From NCBI RefSeq assembly GCF_036321535.1, contig NC_087436.1, positions 47,122,001-47,186,000 of the forward strand: DNA of 64,000 nucleotides, read 5' to 3'. Made by a program: the position numbers and the translations under genes. Below, piece by piece: positions 50,263 to 64,000 of the stretch. The notes beneath the pieces were generated by a model. It made no database searches and was not told where the DNA came from. It saw only the letters and a list, made by a program, of their open reading frames with translations. Every line of letters begins with the position of its first letter. Position 1 is the first letter of the stretch. This DNA is from Camelus dromedarius. Its lineage: Eukaryota.

Positions 50263-50504
50263 CTGGAAATGCAAAGCAGAAAAGACGTATAACCAGAGAG
50301 TCAGCAAACAATATCAAAAAACAGTTCAAGGAAACACTGACCAAAAGCAAAGATAATTTTAGTTTTAAAATAGAAGGATCTCAAGCCAGAAACGAAGATG
50401 TCTACTCTAAGCACTACATCTAAGTCTGCTACTCTAAGATAGCAGACTACAGCAGAATATACAAAATCAAGGCTTAAAATATAAACATGTATGTGCGTGT
50501 GCAG

Positions 50505-50725
50505 GAGAGCTTTACAGGCTTTGTCACCGAGACAGACCTGGGTTCAAATCCTGGCACAGCACTGATCGACTCTGTGACCCTGGGGATATTTCTTAAAACT
50601 GAAATGGCATTGAAATCACTGTACCTACCTCAAGGGCCTGAGGTGAGAATGGGATCAGATTAAGAAGGTAAAGCATTAAGGGCAGCTCCTAGGAGGACTG
50701 AAGTGCCCAGTAAATGCTGACTTTT
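50505..50725 (+). mobile_element. MIR SINE
   Basis: AGACCTGGGTTCAAATCCTGGC...CTGTGACCCTGGG...GTACCTACCTCAAGGG. Confidence 0.7.
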
Positions 50726-52963
50726 ATTCGTGCAGAGTATAATGACCGCCCTTAAAGTACTCTGCATAGAGTCCCACCTTCTCTCAGTCTATAGATGAGA
50801 AGAGCCCCCAGGCACATTGAGCGATATGCCAAGTCGCAGGGTCCCGTGGACTCTGAGCCGAGTGCTCCCCCCAGTACTCCACCCTCTCCCACACAGGTGC
50901 CCCAAAGCCCAGCGGCTCCCTTTGCCTCAGGACAGGCTCATCTCAGAGGAAGGCTTTCACTTCCAGCTAACAGGGGCCCCCAGCCGGGGCGTGCCGCCTG
51001 CCAGGCACTGGGGCAGGCTCCGGGCCACCCTCCTGACTTTTGTGTGAGGGGCAGCACAGGAGTGCGAGTGCTGCCCCGCTCACAGTGGGCCACTGGGATC
51101 CACAGGAACTGGCACCAAGCCGCATACCTGGCAGCCAGCCCTCAGGAGAGAATTCACCTTGTCAGGAGTGAGACTTCTGCAAGTGGAGAGAAACCCAAGT
51201 GACTTTAAACTTAAAATATCTAGATTTATAATTTAAATGCTAGTTAAGGGACTTCAACAAGAGTTAAAGCAAACAGGCTTGGCTTCTACATGAGACCCTT
51301 TACATGAGCTTAGGCAGGTCAAATCAGCTCTCGGTGCCTCACCTCTCTTCTGTGAGACAGAGGTGATGATAGTTGACAAGTCCTCCCTCTTGTAAGAGGG
51401 CTGCGGGGCCTAATGAGCTAGTGTCTGTGCAGGATGAAAGGTGCTACGTAAATGGAGAGAATCATTATCATTCGTGTTTTAATGTCGTCACAGCTTGGCA
51501 AGTGGTGGAATGTTATGGCACTAAGGGAAGTAAGTGAGTGGAAACAGAAAAAAGAACCAGGAGGATGGGGACAAGGCATCAGATGAGCTGGGCCAGAAAC
51601 TGCTCTGCAGGGGTCACAAATCAAACTGCAACCTGAGAATTATTCCTAAGGTGGTGTAAAAGTCTCCTTCAGAACCATATAGACTGAGCTAGGGAACAGG
51701 CTGCTAATTACAGAGTTTTAAAAATCATCTGTTGGCTTAAAGGAGTCAGCAGTAAAGGTTTTTTAATAGGAGGGAAGAATATTTATTCAGTCATTCAACA
51801 AATACCAAGTACTACAGACATTCTGTTCTAATACAGAGCCTGAAAAAATACACATATACGTGTATATAAATGAGAACAATCCCAAGTGGAGCCCATCAAA
51901 TCATGATTACTTTGGTGCTTACCACCAGTGACACAGACACAAATGCTCAAGTTAAAGAATAAAAATTGTATAAAGAAGAGCACTTTTAGAAAACATTTTC
52001 TAGAAATGGTAACATTTGCCAAGCATTAACTGTCAACAATCAATGTGCCACACTTCCAAAGACACAGATGGACATTATCAGATAAATGCAGTTGAAAACT
52101 GTATTGAAGTTTGAAGTTAACCTATAAAATGTGTCTTTATTTTCAAAACCCATATGTACATGATATAGTAACCAAAAAGGTAATTAGTCCCTCAGTCCTG
52201 AAATGTTGGAAATTCCATTCCACTTCCTTGCTCTTTCCTGCATAAGGATAAGTGCTGTTTCTTCTATTTCCTGTGGGAGGTGGAGGAAATGAGGGGATGG
52301 GGGAAAGAGGCCTGGAGGGGAAAAAGATCCCCCACAGTCTCCCAGGGAGCCCCAGCCAGTCTGGAGGTGTGCTGGCTCCACATCCCCCACACTTTGCACG
52401 GCAATAATTCCTCAATCTGAGAACAAATGCCACTTTAATAGCGGCTGCTCCTCAGACCCTGTAATTAGCCCCCCTTTAAAAGGCAAGTTGCCACATTTCA
52501 GGTGCAAACTGTCTATAGTGACTCCATCTCCCTCGTACCCAACTCTATGAGCAAGCAAGCAGAAGAGGCCCAAGCAAGATCACTGGTGCTCCTCCCTGGC
52601 CACTTCCCACCACCTCCTGGGTTTGTGGTCACAAGGTTCAAGGCTACCAGGAGAGCTTTAAAAGCTCTGATCACAACACATGGGAGATGTGCCTCCTCTG
52701 TTACCTGGGGCTGAATTCACCACAGTAACAGTGGACAGGGTATCACAGTGATTCCTGTGGGAAACTAGGCTGATAAAATTCCACATCCAGCCTTGACAAA
52801 CCGACCTCAATGAGACAATATGAACACGGTGGCTCTCCCTTTGTGGTCTCATCAAGCCAGTGGTCTCTAGTGCTGCCTTCCCAATCTGACGCCTCTCTCT
52901 GCACTGCCCATCAGCTACGGCGCAAACAAGTGACATTCCACAAGTTAGCAGCCCTCCTAGTCA

Positions 52964-53425
<462 letters not shown>

Positions 53426-54888
53426 TTACTGCCCAGATCCGCCATCCTGACCCTAGAGGAAGTCAGGGAAAAGACACGACTTCACACAAGAGGCTGAAAT
53501 CAAGTGACCTGTTTCATTTAAATTTTGAAATTTGAAATTAAGTAATTTGAAATGTTCCAAAAGCCTATTTAGTCTTTACCAATCCTTCTTTAATTTTAGG
53601 GAGCAGGATTTCTGTTAGCTACTTGTATTATTTAACTCTCATGGTATGCAAGATAAAAACAAGGTAAAACATCAGTCACAAGATGAAATTCTAAGTGAAC
53701 AAAGACTAAGGAAAAACAGGATGCATCACAGACACTCAAAATAAACAAAAAACTGAAGAAACACCTGGATCCTCAATGAGAAACATATGATAGAAACATG
53801 AACTACAATCTTTTCCCCTCAAGTGAAAAGCTTTACTTTGCCATTGAATGGGAATAAAAATGAAAATTGAAGAAAATCAACATAGTCCAAAAGAAGTCCA
53901 AAAGGTTACACTGGCAGATGTGGGGAAGAAAGGATACGTGTATATAATGATAACTGTAGTTCAAGGTATTCTGCTTATAAACTCTCCTTAAAAAGCATCT
54001 TCTCCTGTGTATATAAAATAGTAAATGATTAATTTAAAAATCCATACTGACTTTAACCAAATTTGCTTTTTAAGACATTAGCAAAGTGGGGTGCCAAAGG
54101 CATGGCAGGCAAATCTTTAATCAGAGACTTCTCTGCTTCCCTCATGGATGAATATACACAGACTGGCACAGCGCCAATTACAACCACGAGGGCCCGGTCA
54201 CAGCGCAGGAAGGGGACTGGTCCCTTATAACCAGACTGGAGGTTCCTGCTTACCCAAAAGGCAATACTACAATCTGCCTGGAATCGCAGGAGAGGCAAGA
54301 GGGAAGGGAGAAGAAACTAGTCACTGGGAAAGAGGAGAAGAATGAGGTGAAAGGAGCCCTGTGGCTGGGTGGCGGGTGCACAGAGGCTGAGGGGAGACCC
54401 CTCGTGTGCTCGGCCCAGGAGAGCACTTCACTTTCACGGCACAAGAACACCAACTTTTCTCAAACAGCTTCCAAGTTGGTCAATTTAAAGGCCAGGTAGA
54501 GGGTCTTCTCCTTTAAAAAAAAAAAAAAAAAAAAAGACCTTTTTTAAGGTTTAGAATTCTAGTTTTCAAAGTTTCTTGCTTTCTGGTCTAGACGAAATAC
54601 TGTAAGCCAGCCTGCATCACAGAAGGCAAGGAGACCCTTGCGGTAACCAGGAGTGGGCCGACACGAGTGTTGCCTAGCCACCCGCCCTCAACCATAGCCG
54701 CAGGGCCACGGTGACGCAAGGCTGGGCCGGCAGGGGCTCCACACCCTGCTTAAAAAGGGGGTACTTCAGAGATGAGGGTTATACTTATAGTGTGGTGCCT
54801 TCTTATAGGGCACCTGAAGGGCAACTCATCTGCAAAAAGGACAAACAAAGGGACACTGACTGGAGAACACGTTTCATCAGTGAAGTTA

Positions 54889-55158
54889 CAGTTGGCCCTC
54901 AGGATCCGTGGGTTCTGCCAACCAGGATCAAACATATTTGGGGAAAAAAATCCAAAAAGTACTAAAAAGCAAAACTTGAAATCTCTGTGCGATTTATAGT
55001 ATTTACGTTGCAGTAGGTATCATGAGTACTCTAGAGATGGCTTAAAGTATACAGAAGGATCTGTGTAGGTTATATGCAAATACTACCCCATTCTGTATTA
55101 GAGGATTGCACGTCCTCAGGTTTGGAACCAACCCCTGCAGATACAAATGGAAGACTAC
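54889..55158. mobile_element. MER2-like TcMar-Tigger non-autonomous DNA transposon
   Basis: TA|CAGTTGGCCCTC...ATCCGTGGGTTC start and the core TGTGTAGGTTATATGCAAATACTAC. Confidence 0.8.
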
Positions 55159-55841
55159 ATCAGGGCCCAGTGCTGAGTGTCTGCAACCCAGAACACTCCC
55201 AGCACACATTTTACCAGAAGGAGAAAGATGTCTCTTCCCAGCAGAGCTCTGCCTCTACCTCTCCCAGTCGGTCAGGCTGGCTCTGACCCTAACAGCATCT
55301 CACGCTGCCTTCCTTCAACACAAACACAACGTATATACGTATTAAACACACACGGCTGTCTTTACCTTCCATCAAAAAGCACACTCTCACATTTTCCTTG
55401 AAACACTTGACTCTCTAGGACCATCTTTTGTTTTTCTTTTCTGACATTCAGGTACCAAAAAAAATTACTTTCCTCTCAAATGTACCAACAGAAAATCGGC
55501 AGCACAAGCATGATGGTCCATTTCAATGCCCCCAGGCCCCCAGTGAACACTAGAGCGGGTGGTGGGGACTGCAGTGGGAGGGAGTCCATGCTTTGTCAAA
55601 AGGGGAGAACCAGGACTCAGCTGGGGCAGGCTGGAGGCCTTGGCAAAGCTCTTCATCTGCACTTCTAACGCTGCAGCTTAGGGAAGTCACGTTCTTACAG
55701 GATGCAATCATTTCATCAGGGTTTCCAACTGGAACTTAAATCACTAGACCATATTTTCATCTCCCAGTATAGGATCTAACTGCAAAACTTGGCAGTAAAG
55801 TATCTCAGTCAAACTGTTTAAAAAAACACACACACACAACT

Positions 55842-55961
55842 GGGGAGGGTATAGCTTAATGGTAGAGTGTGGTGTGCTTACCATGCACGAGGTCATAGGT
55901 TCAATCCCCAGTACCTCCATTAAAAAATAAATAAATCTAACCCCCCTCAAAAAAAAAAAAA
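55842..55961 (+). mobile_element. tRNA-Ala-derived SINE, Vic-1 type
   Basis: GGGGAGGGTATAGCTTAATGGTAGAG...GGTTCAATCCCCAGTACCTCC followed by an A-rich tail. Confidence 0.88.
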
Positions 55962-57497
55962 CCTACACAATTTAGCAAACATCAAATAATGGTGGTAATC
56001 TAAAATGAAAGTAAGAGTGTGGAGACAGATGGCTGTGACCAGAAGTAAAGTCACACCTACGGTGCGCCCTTTCACACATCACATCTGTCTTATGACACGA
56101 ACTTAGGTGAAAGAGCCTAGCATAGTGTCTGCCATACAGCAGGCTCTCAGGAACTGTGAGCTGAATTACAGCGGCTTCCTGACAACCCTGTGCATTAGGT
56201 GCCGCTATCCCTAATTCGCAGGTAGGGAAACTAGTTGTAGAGTTGGAACCAGGAAGGTCTTGGCAATTATTTCCCCCTAACCCCTCAACTCAAATTACAG
56301 ATGATAAAACTGAAGGCCAGAGAGGGTTCATGACTGTAGAGGGTCAGAGGGGGAAGTGGTGAGGGCCCAGCACCAGGCCGCCTGATTTTCCCCCAACAGT
56401 CCTCCCATTACTCGACACTGACATAAGAAAGCAGTCAGACCTGTCACTGTCACGAGGGAGAATGATCAACATTTCAATAAAGGCCAAACTGCTTGATAAT
56501 ACTCCCTTTCCTGGGGTGGGTACTTTTCCATCCTAGAGGGCTTCCTGCTAACTTGGAAGCCAACACCCCTACCTGGAGAGTCTTCTGTTTCTGTCAGATG
56601 GTGCCACAGCCCTTAAATGCCAGTGTAAAGCATATGAGTGTGCTGATCAGCAAAGTAACATACAGGTGACAGAAGGACAGGGCAGGGCCTCTCTGGCCAC
56701 AAGGCCATATAGCTCTGAGGGCTGAAATCTAATAGGCCGGTATGCAAGCGTCTCTCCTTAGCCACTGCTCACTGGTGGCTGCCTAAGAATTACCATTGTC
56801 ATAAAACATATTCTGACTTCCAGTTCCAACCAAGAAGGGTAAAGTGTGGCTAAGCAAGCCACAAGGAGAGCATAAGTGACTCAGTCAGGTGTCTCAATCG
56901 CAGGAGCCACACATAAATCCACAGTAGCATGTGAGCATAGCCTAGTAATACTGCACAGATAGTCCTGAACCTGGGCGCCCCTGTGTCTGACCTACGTGGT
57001 GCTGGCTCTCCTTTCCCACCCTCTGCCAAGAAGCCGAGTTAAGAACTCAGTGGTCCTTAAACGCTCCCAAGAGTGTTTTGATTTAACCCACTGAAGGCTC
57101 AAAGCCAGAGAGCCCTGGGAAACTGTGTAGATAGAGGCATTCCCTTCAACTACACCATTCTGTTGGTTCCACTCAAAAGAGGGGGCACATCAAATTGCCC
57201 TGAGGTTGCTCAGCAACATTTAAGGACATGGCCAAGTGCCTTCATCCTCTGGCCCGGGAGGGTCCATGACCCAGATGCTGCAAGAGATCAAGGTCTGGCC
57301 CTGCATGGACCCTCTGTTTTACATGGGAAATTCTACCCTTGTTTGGGGACAAGGACCAGATCAGGGCAGCCCAAGCTTTGGGGAGCAAATTGGAATAGAA
57401 GATAGAGAACAAAGAAAACAGTGTTGGTTCTTCTGGAAACAGCTGTGGGTAACAAAAAGAGAAGTCTTAGTACCGGGCGCCAGGGAGGAAGCCCTCA

Positions 57498-57686
<189 letters not shown>

Positions 57687-58499
57687 CTAATGCAGTGAAG
57701 GAAGGAGAAGGGAACAGTCACTGGGCTCACTGGAGAATGGTGTGTGATTTGCTGCTAAAGTGAGAGGAAAGAGGAGGGTGAGACCTGGCCAACACACCTC
57801 AGACACAACTTGACAGTGCCCTAAAAATCTGAGAAATACAACTCCCTACGTTTCTGCTTAGAGTGGACATCTCAACGTACTTTGGGACACCAGGGCAAGA
57901 ATCAGCCCGTGAGCAATCCCAGCTGGTAGTCAACACACTGTCCTGTGTCAGTCATAACCTTCCAAGCTCTTGGCTGGCTCTGCTCCAGTTACTAAGTTGC
58001 TTGTTCACAACACCTGTGTCGGCCTGCTCTGCCTGTCCCTAGTGAACAGACTGCCGTGTACTCTTCATGACAGGCTTCCATGAAGCCTGGAATTTGACCT
58101 TTCAGAAAGGGTAAAAGCTTAGCTCAGCCCCAACCATGAGTCTGAGAGGCGGTGCTGACTATCCCCCTCTAACAGGAGGCAGGGAAGAGCTGAGTAAGGG
58201 CATCGAGGAGGGTAAGAAAGTTGAACTTGGCAGTCACCCATCAAATAATAATCGCCCAACATGTATCGGCAACTGGTCGTTCAAAAACATACCAGCCACA
58301 GCCTCTGCTCTCAAAGAGCTTGCGGTCCTATCTTTTCCTCATTTGTGCCTCCAGGTTTCCACAAATAGACTTCAGCTAGGGCAGAAACAGGCAGTGCCCC
58401 ATCAGCTGCCATTTTATTACAAGATGTAACTTGCCCATGGGGATTCAAATGGTCACACTCAGCAAAGGTATCCAAAATTATCAAGGAATTAACAATTGT

Positions 58500-58812
58500 A
58501 AGAGCTGCTCAACAGAAACATAATGCAAGACAGGAGGTAATTTTAAATTTCCTTCTGGCTGCATTTTAACAAGTAAAAAAAAAAAAATCAGGTAAAATTA
58601 ATTTCATTTAACCCCAATATATCTGAGATATTATCATTTCAACACATAATCAATATCTTTAAATATCAAGATACTTTGTGTTGTTTTTCTATTCAGTCTT
58701 TGAAATCCGGTGTCTGTCTCACACTTACACAGTACATCTTGATTTGGACTAGCCAAATGTCAAGTGCACAATAGCCACCTGGAGCTAGTGGCTACTGCAC
58801 TGGTCACACAGA
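58500..58812. mobile_element. MER33/MER3-like hAT-Charlie element
   Basis: GGACTAGCCAAATGTCAAGTGCACAATAGCCACCTGGAGCTAGTGGCTAC terminal motif and AACCCCAATATATC...ATTATCATTTCAAC core. Confidence 0.78.
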
Positions 58813-59112
58813 TGCCATCTTTTTACCCTCAGGGACCAAAAGCCTCGGCCCAAGGGGGACAACCTGCCGAAGTCTGCAAAGTAAACAAGTGAAAGTGCAG
58901 CTTACCTGGGTTCAGGCTCGCCCTGTCCCTGACTCCCACCTCCCTCACCCCTCATCACAGCAGCCCTGTATCCGGTCCCTCTATCATTAAGGACATGGAG
59001 GACAGGAGAAGAAGGTCTTAATCTGCTGTCATACTGCTTCAACTTCTTCAGGGAGAGAGTAACATTACCTCCTCCCCTGCCCTTCTGATATTTTAAAAGG
59101 TGACTATACGTT

Positions 59113-59845
59113 AAGAAAATGCAAGTCCCAAAATGACAGTGAGATACCACTTCATATCTCCTATGATGGCTATTATGAAAAAAATATAATAACAAGTGTT
59201 GGCCAGGTGGTGGAGAAACTGGAACCTTCATTCACTGCTTGTAGGAATGTAAAATGGTGCAGCCATTATGGAAAACAGTTCAGCGGTCCCTCAAAAAACT
59301 AAACATAGGATTGCCATATGACCCAGTGATTCCACTTCTAGAAATGAAAAGAGGGACTTGAACAGACAGTACCCCAATGCTCATTGAAGAATTATTCAAA
59401 AAAGCTAAAAGGTAAAAACAACCCAAGTGTTCTCCTACAGAAGAATGGATAAACAAAATGTGGTACATACAATGGAATATTGCCATAAAAAGAAATGAAG
59501 TCTGACACATGCTACAAGTACATGGATGAACCTTGAAGATATTATATCAAATTAAATAAGTCAGCTAAAAAAGGACAAATATTGTATGATTCCACTTATG
59601 TGAGGTATCCTGAATAGGCAATTCAGAGAGACAGAAGGTAGAATAGAAATCACCAGGGGCTGGGGGAGGATGGGAGTTATTACTTAGTGGGTAAAGAGTT
59701 TCTATTTGGGACGATGAAAAAGTTCTGCAAATAGGTGATAGTGGTAGTCAAACAATATTGTGAAGGTAAATGCTAACAAACTGTACACTAAAAAAGCTTA
59801 AAATGGCAAATTTTGTTATATGTACTTTACCACAATAAAAAAAAA
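59113..59845 (+). mobile_element. Old LINE-1 (L1M/L1MB-like) 3' end
   Basis: GAGATACCACTTCA...GGAGAAACTGGAACC...ATGGATGAACCTTGAA...TATTGTATGATTCCACTTAT...CACAATAAAAAAA is typical of L1M 3' ends. Confidence 0.85.
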
Positions 59846-60584
59846 TTCTAGGAGGCAACGAGACACACCACTGCGGATACCTGAGGTGAAAAACACAACA
59901 AAAACTATCTGCACTCTTCTCTACCTATATGGAGAGAAATTCCAGCTAAACTCCAAGGAAATTAACCTTAAGCAACTTTAATAAGGTGACAAAGGTAAAC
60001 AAAAATTCACTTGGGTGACTTCTACAGTATTTCTAATTGCAAAGGTCCAATGAAAAAGAGAGCAAACTAGAGTTCCCAGCCTCCCAAGAGTTCCTCACAT
60101 TCTTGTTCTTCACCTGCTGCTGGAAAGTGAGAATGACTCTCCCTATTTCCCTTGGGAAGTACGTCATTCATAAGCATAAGACATAATCTAAGAAATCAAA
60201 ATCTTCTCTCTAAATACAAAATTTACTATTATCATTTTCTTTTTAACTTGCAAGTATAAAAATTATCTTCCTGTTTCTTTCTCTTCCATCTCTTCCTATA
60301 CCAAAATAGGTGTTCTTCAATTCCAAATTCTCAGCAGACAGAAAGTTCACTACCTGCACAAACTTTCTCTTCAAAACCTACCCAACAATATGGTCAGTTA
60401 CGTCTCCTGTTCTGCCATCAGTCTCCAAGGAGTATTTAGTGGTTATGTTATTCTACTGGCCTAAGTTATGGGGAAATGAGTTTTACACAAACAAGCTGAA
60501 AAAGCAAGCAAAGGTCAGAATTCCCTCAACAAATGTGAAGTGGTCAGAGGACTGGTCTTGAGGACACTGATAACAAGAAATTAC

Positions 60585-60713
60585 CTTGGGATTTTCTGCA
60601 AACTTCTTCTTGGCCACTCTCCTAAGGCTTTCCTCAATTCCCTTTCTAGATTTTGCCAGGATGTCCTCCGTTTGGTCCACCAACATTACTGTGTGACCAG
60701 TTGCTGCAGCAAC
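60585..60713 (-). CDS. HADH: HADH exon 2, 129 nt, [43 protein letters not shown]
   Basis: Minus-strand ctag acceptor after a T-rich tract and AAG|gtaatt donor. Peptide belongs to the HADH NAD-binding domain. Confidence 0.97.
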
Positions 60714-61011
60714 CTAGAGCAAAAAAAAAAAAGCAAGAAAACATGAAAATTAAAAAAAAAAAAGTAGAGTTTCATATTCCACTTGAACTCTAACACAATT
60801 CCACTCAAAATACTGAGTAAACATAAAAATAAGCCAACATTAACTAAACACACACTTCTTGCCAGTTACTGCTCTAAACCCCTAACATGGATAACAACAA
60901 ATTCTCAAAACAACCTTACAAGTTTAAGAAATGTGCCCATGGTCACACACAGGTAGTCAACAGAGCTGGGATCAGAATCACGGTTCTGAAGGCCACACCA
61001 TAACCATGTCC

Positions 61012-61135
61012 CTGTGCTGTGCTACACAGAAGCCACTAGCCACATGTGGCTATTTCAATGAACTGAAATTAAGTAAAATTTAAAATTCAGCTCCTCAGTT
61101 GCATGAACTCTATTCCAAGGATTCAACAGTCCATT
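61012..61135. mobile_element. MER3-like hAT-Charlie fragment
   Basis: AGCCACTAGCCACATGTGGCTATTT...AAAATTCAGCTCCTCAGTTGCA. Confidence 0.75.
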
Positions 61136-62404
61136 CACAGAGCACCTACCCCTTCCCTCCCCCACCACTCAATCATCTTTTTTCCTTAGAGCTGGAACAT
61201 CTTGTGCAGCTTGACCCCTCAGTGCACCTCTTCTACAGTCCTTACATCAACAACAGGTAAGACTTTAATAATCGTGGCAAAAAGACTCATGTCCCCAAGG
61301 GCTAATCAGCAACAAGACTCCCATGACAGTAGGTCTCTGGCCATCAGTCAATTTAGAAGGACAATTCCCCTCCCTTCCCCTTGCCAGCCCTGACTGAATC
61401 CTGAGGGCACATCAGTGAGGCTGCCCCAAGTTCGCACGGCGCCAGACTGGTTTAGCCACAATCAGTGAGAAGTCAATCCCCACTTCATCACACTTTGCCA
61501 ACAGCTTTGGCAAAAACTGTGGAGTGGGTGAATAATTTTTTTTTAATATGTCATGAGGTCATACCACAGACAGGTGTTGTACTCAGTTCAAGTCATAAGT
61601 AAGAAGACACACAGGACCTAATACAAACACAAATGATGCAAGATGCCAGCACAACTGAGATGTCCCTCAGTGCAGAACCCCCACAGAACAACTGGCCTTG
61701 GAACTTCTGTGGACCAAGGGTGGGCAGGAGGGGCAGGTCAGTAAAAATGAGCCTGCCCAGAGACAACAGTGAAAAGTAGGACTAAACTATCACCATGATG
61801 TGATTTTGAAAACCAGGCACCTAAAAACTCAAAAGTGAAAACCAAAGAGGAAAAGAAACAGAAACAGAAGAGCAAAACTCAAAGGAGAAGAGGTTCAAAT
61901 CCCAAAGAAAGATTTCCAAGGAACACTTCTAAAAATGATAAGACAGGCTTTCACTGGAAGTTAGCTACAACAGCACCTTGGTTTCTCCCCGAGAAAGCTG
62001 CACGCGGGGCTGCAAGTCTGAGCCTGTGGGGTCCGTAGGCGGCATCAGCACCGCCAGCGCCCCAGAGCCTGCCTGGGAACCAAGAGCAGGAAGCGCTGCC
62101 AGGACCAGGGCCGGAAGGTCTGATAACCACAGCAGGGCAATGGGAGTAATGGGATGAGTTGTCTTAATAAGAAGACAGAGGCAGCAGCAAACCTGCCCCG
62201 CTGGCAGAAACACAGGCTGCAGGCAGCAGCGGGTCAAAGTAAAACAATGTCCTGAGAGGAAAACACCCGTCAGTCCAGACCAGGTTTCTCCCTAAGTCAC
62301 AGCACACCTAGGCCCACTGTGCCAGGGCCTCAAGTCACTGGACACAGGTTTGAAACTTCAAGTCAATAAATTCAACGTGAAAAGGCAGGAGCAAATTTAG
62401 AAAC

Positions 62405-62901
62405 TGTGCAGAAAAGGCAACATGGTGGGCCTGAAACTGTTATCTTCAGGAAGGCTCTTAACGAGTGTCTGGAAACTTGCACTAGAAGTGGGTCTATGCT
62501 CACTGGACCTAAACCGTTTGTGCACTGTGGTTTACGCTCACACCTGCCTTCCTTCTGAGAGCCAGGAATTTTGGTACTTGCCAGGCAGAGAGTACCTATG
62601 TGACCAATCCCAGTAAAAACCCTGGGCTCTGGTTCTCTAATGAGCGCCCCTGGCTGACAACATTTCACACGTGCTGCTAGAGGAATTACGTGTGTCCTGT
62701 GTGACTCCAGTGAGAGAGGACTTGGGAAGCTGGCACCTGGTTTCCTCTAGACTTTGCCCCATGCGCATTTTCCCTTTGCTTTCATTCTGTATCTTTTTGC
62801 TGTAATAAATTACAGCCATGATTATGACTATATGCTGGTCCTGTGAGTAATTTACCAAACCTAGAATAGTGTGGGGAGATTTGGTGAGGCAGTCTGACAC
62901 A
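62405..62901 (+). mobile_element. Solo LTR, ERVL/MER21-like
   Basis: TG...CA termini with a perfect 5-bp TSD GAAAC (62400-62404 and 62902-62906) and an internal AATAAA near 62804. Family name is from recollection. Confidence 0.85.
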
Positions 62902-64000
62902 GAAACTAAGAAAATAAATTTCAAATTCCAGGCCCAGCTGGTGATAAAACTGAACTGCACTTAGGTGGGTACCCTGGGGAACAGCCAAAGAGAGGGGTGA
63001 TGCCCATAGATGGGGTACATCATCCGCAAGGTGGGGGCAAGCAGAGGTACTGGCTTGGGGACCTTCCATTTTTGTCTTGGCTCCTCTGACAGTCCCTCTG
63101 GAATTAACACAAGTGATTTTCACCTTGTTCCTCTTAACCTCTGACCTAGGTCATCGTTTGAAAAGGCCAGACAGGATTCTTAAGATTCCTTCCTACCCAG
63201 GTCCCAATCCACTTTCCCCACTTAATCTCCAGCAGGCATGACTCAGGCTTTTTTGCTCAAGGGGCTGGGGAGGAATATTCAAGGACAAGATAGTTGTACA
63301 AGACAGTGCCAAAGCTGAAGGGAACAGAGACAAAAATAGAAACAGCGAGGACAGTGTCCTTTTGCTTAGGGACTTTATAATCCCACTGAGAAAACATTAA
63401 GGAAAAGAAAACAGCCGATAATATAAGGCTCCACATGTGCAATGGCAAAGAAAAAACAAACTGCCATGGTGAAGAATTCTGTCCAGCAGCAGATCTCAGA
63501 AGGCTGGATCAGAGGCGTACACCTAGAATAAGCCAACTTCCCAAAGAGTAGGCATTAACCCTAAAGAGGTGAGGAGAACAAGGAAAGGAGGGGGCATCAC
63601 GCCTTCTCTCTAGAAAGTCACTTTCAGAGTCGTTATAAACATGTTTGATGGGGTAGTCACAGGGCATTTCTGGTTATGTTGCAGAGAAGCCATAATGCTA
63701 TCCTTACGATTACTTTCTTTTACACTACAAGCAGAACCAAACGTAGAGCGGAAGCACCCTCAAAAATCAAAGAGAACCAAGAGAGACATGCACTAATAAA
63801 AACACTAAAATTCAACCAAGAAAACCCCTGGCCAAAAAAACATTTTCAGCCTAAATGCTGATTTTCCACGCCTATCCAAAGTCCTCTGATAAACTCCCGC
63901 AGCTGCCCCTGTCTCTGTCCACAAGGAGACACTGCGCAATTCTCACTGCCTTGCTTCATCTCCAGCACACTGGAGACGACACATTATGTAGACACTGGCC

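Noticed and set aside
55842..55919. Possible tRNA-Ala gene (also 2740-2816 and 10430-10504)
   Set aside because: Broken stems, A-rich tails and TSDs show these are SINE copies, not tRNA genes.
60714..64000. HADH exon 1 and promoter
   Set aside because: No mitochondrial leader or GGGLMG-encoding exon and no CpG island were found here; they must lie beyond the window.

Overview
Mammalian genomic DNA, most likely a camelid (inferred from three tRNA-Ala-derived SINEs of the camelid Vic-1 type). The window holds two convergent protein-coding genes. On the + strand is the 3' half of LEF1: exons matching human exons 7-12 (HMG box, basic tail, two alternative C-terminal tails) and a 3' UTR ending near 27150. 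On the - strand are HADH exons 2-8 (short-chain 3-hydroxyacyl-CoA dehydrogenase; 813 coding nt, 270 aa plus stop, intact frame); exon 1 lies beyond the right edge. About 8 kb separates the two 3' ends and contains an orphan CpG-rich block. The rest is intron with L1, L2, MIR, CR1/L3, MaLR/ERVL LTR, hAT and Tigger relics. I see no prokaryote-type system and no new protein-coding gene. The best leads are: a composite two-tailed L1 bounded by a single TSD pair; unusual splicing and translation architecture at the LEF1 3' end (possible recursive splice site, junction-spanning downstream ORF, GAG acceptor, candidate microexon); a possible bidirectional intergenic promoter; and lineage-specific changes in HADH and in the LEF1 3' UTR. 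Exon numbers, repeat family names and human comparisons come from my recollection, not from a search.
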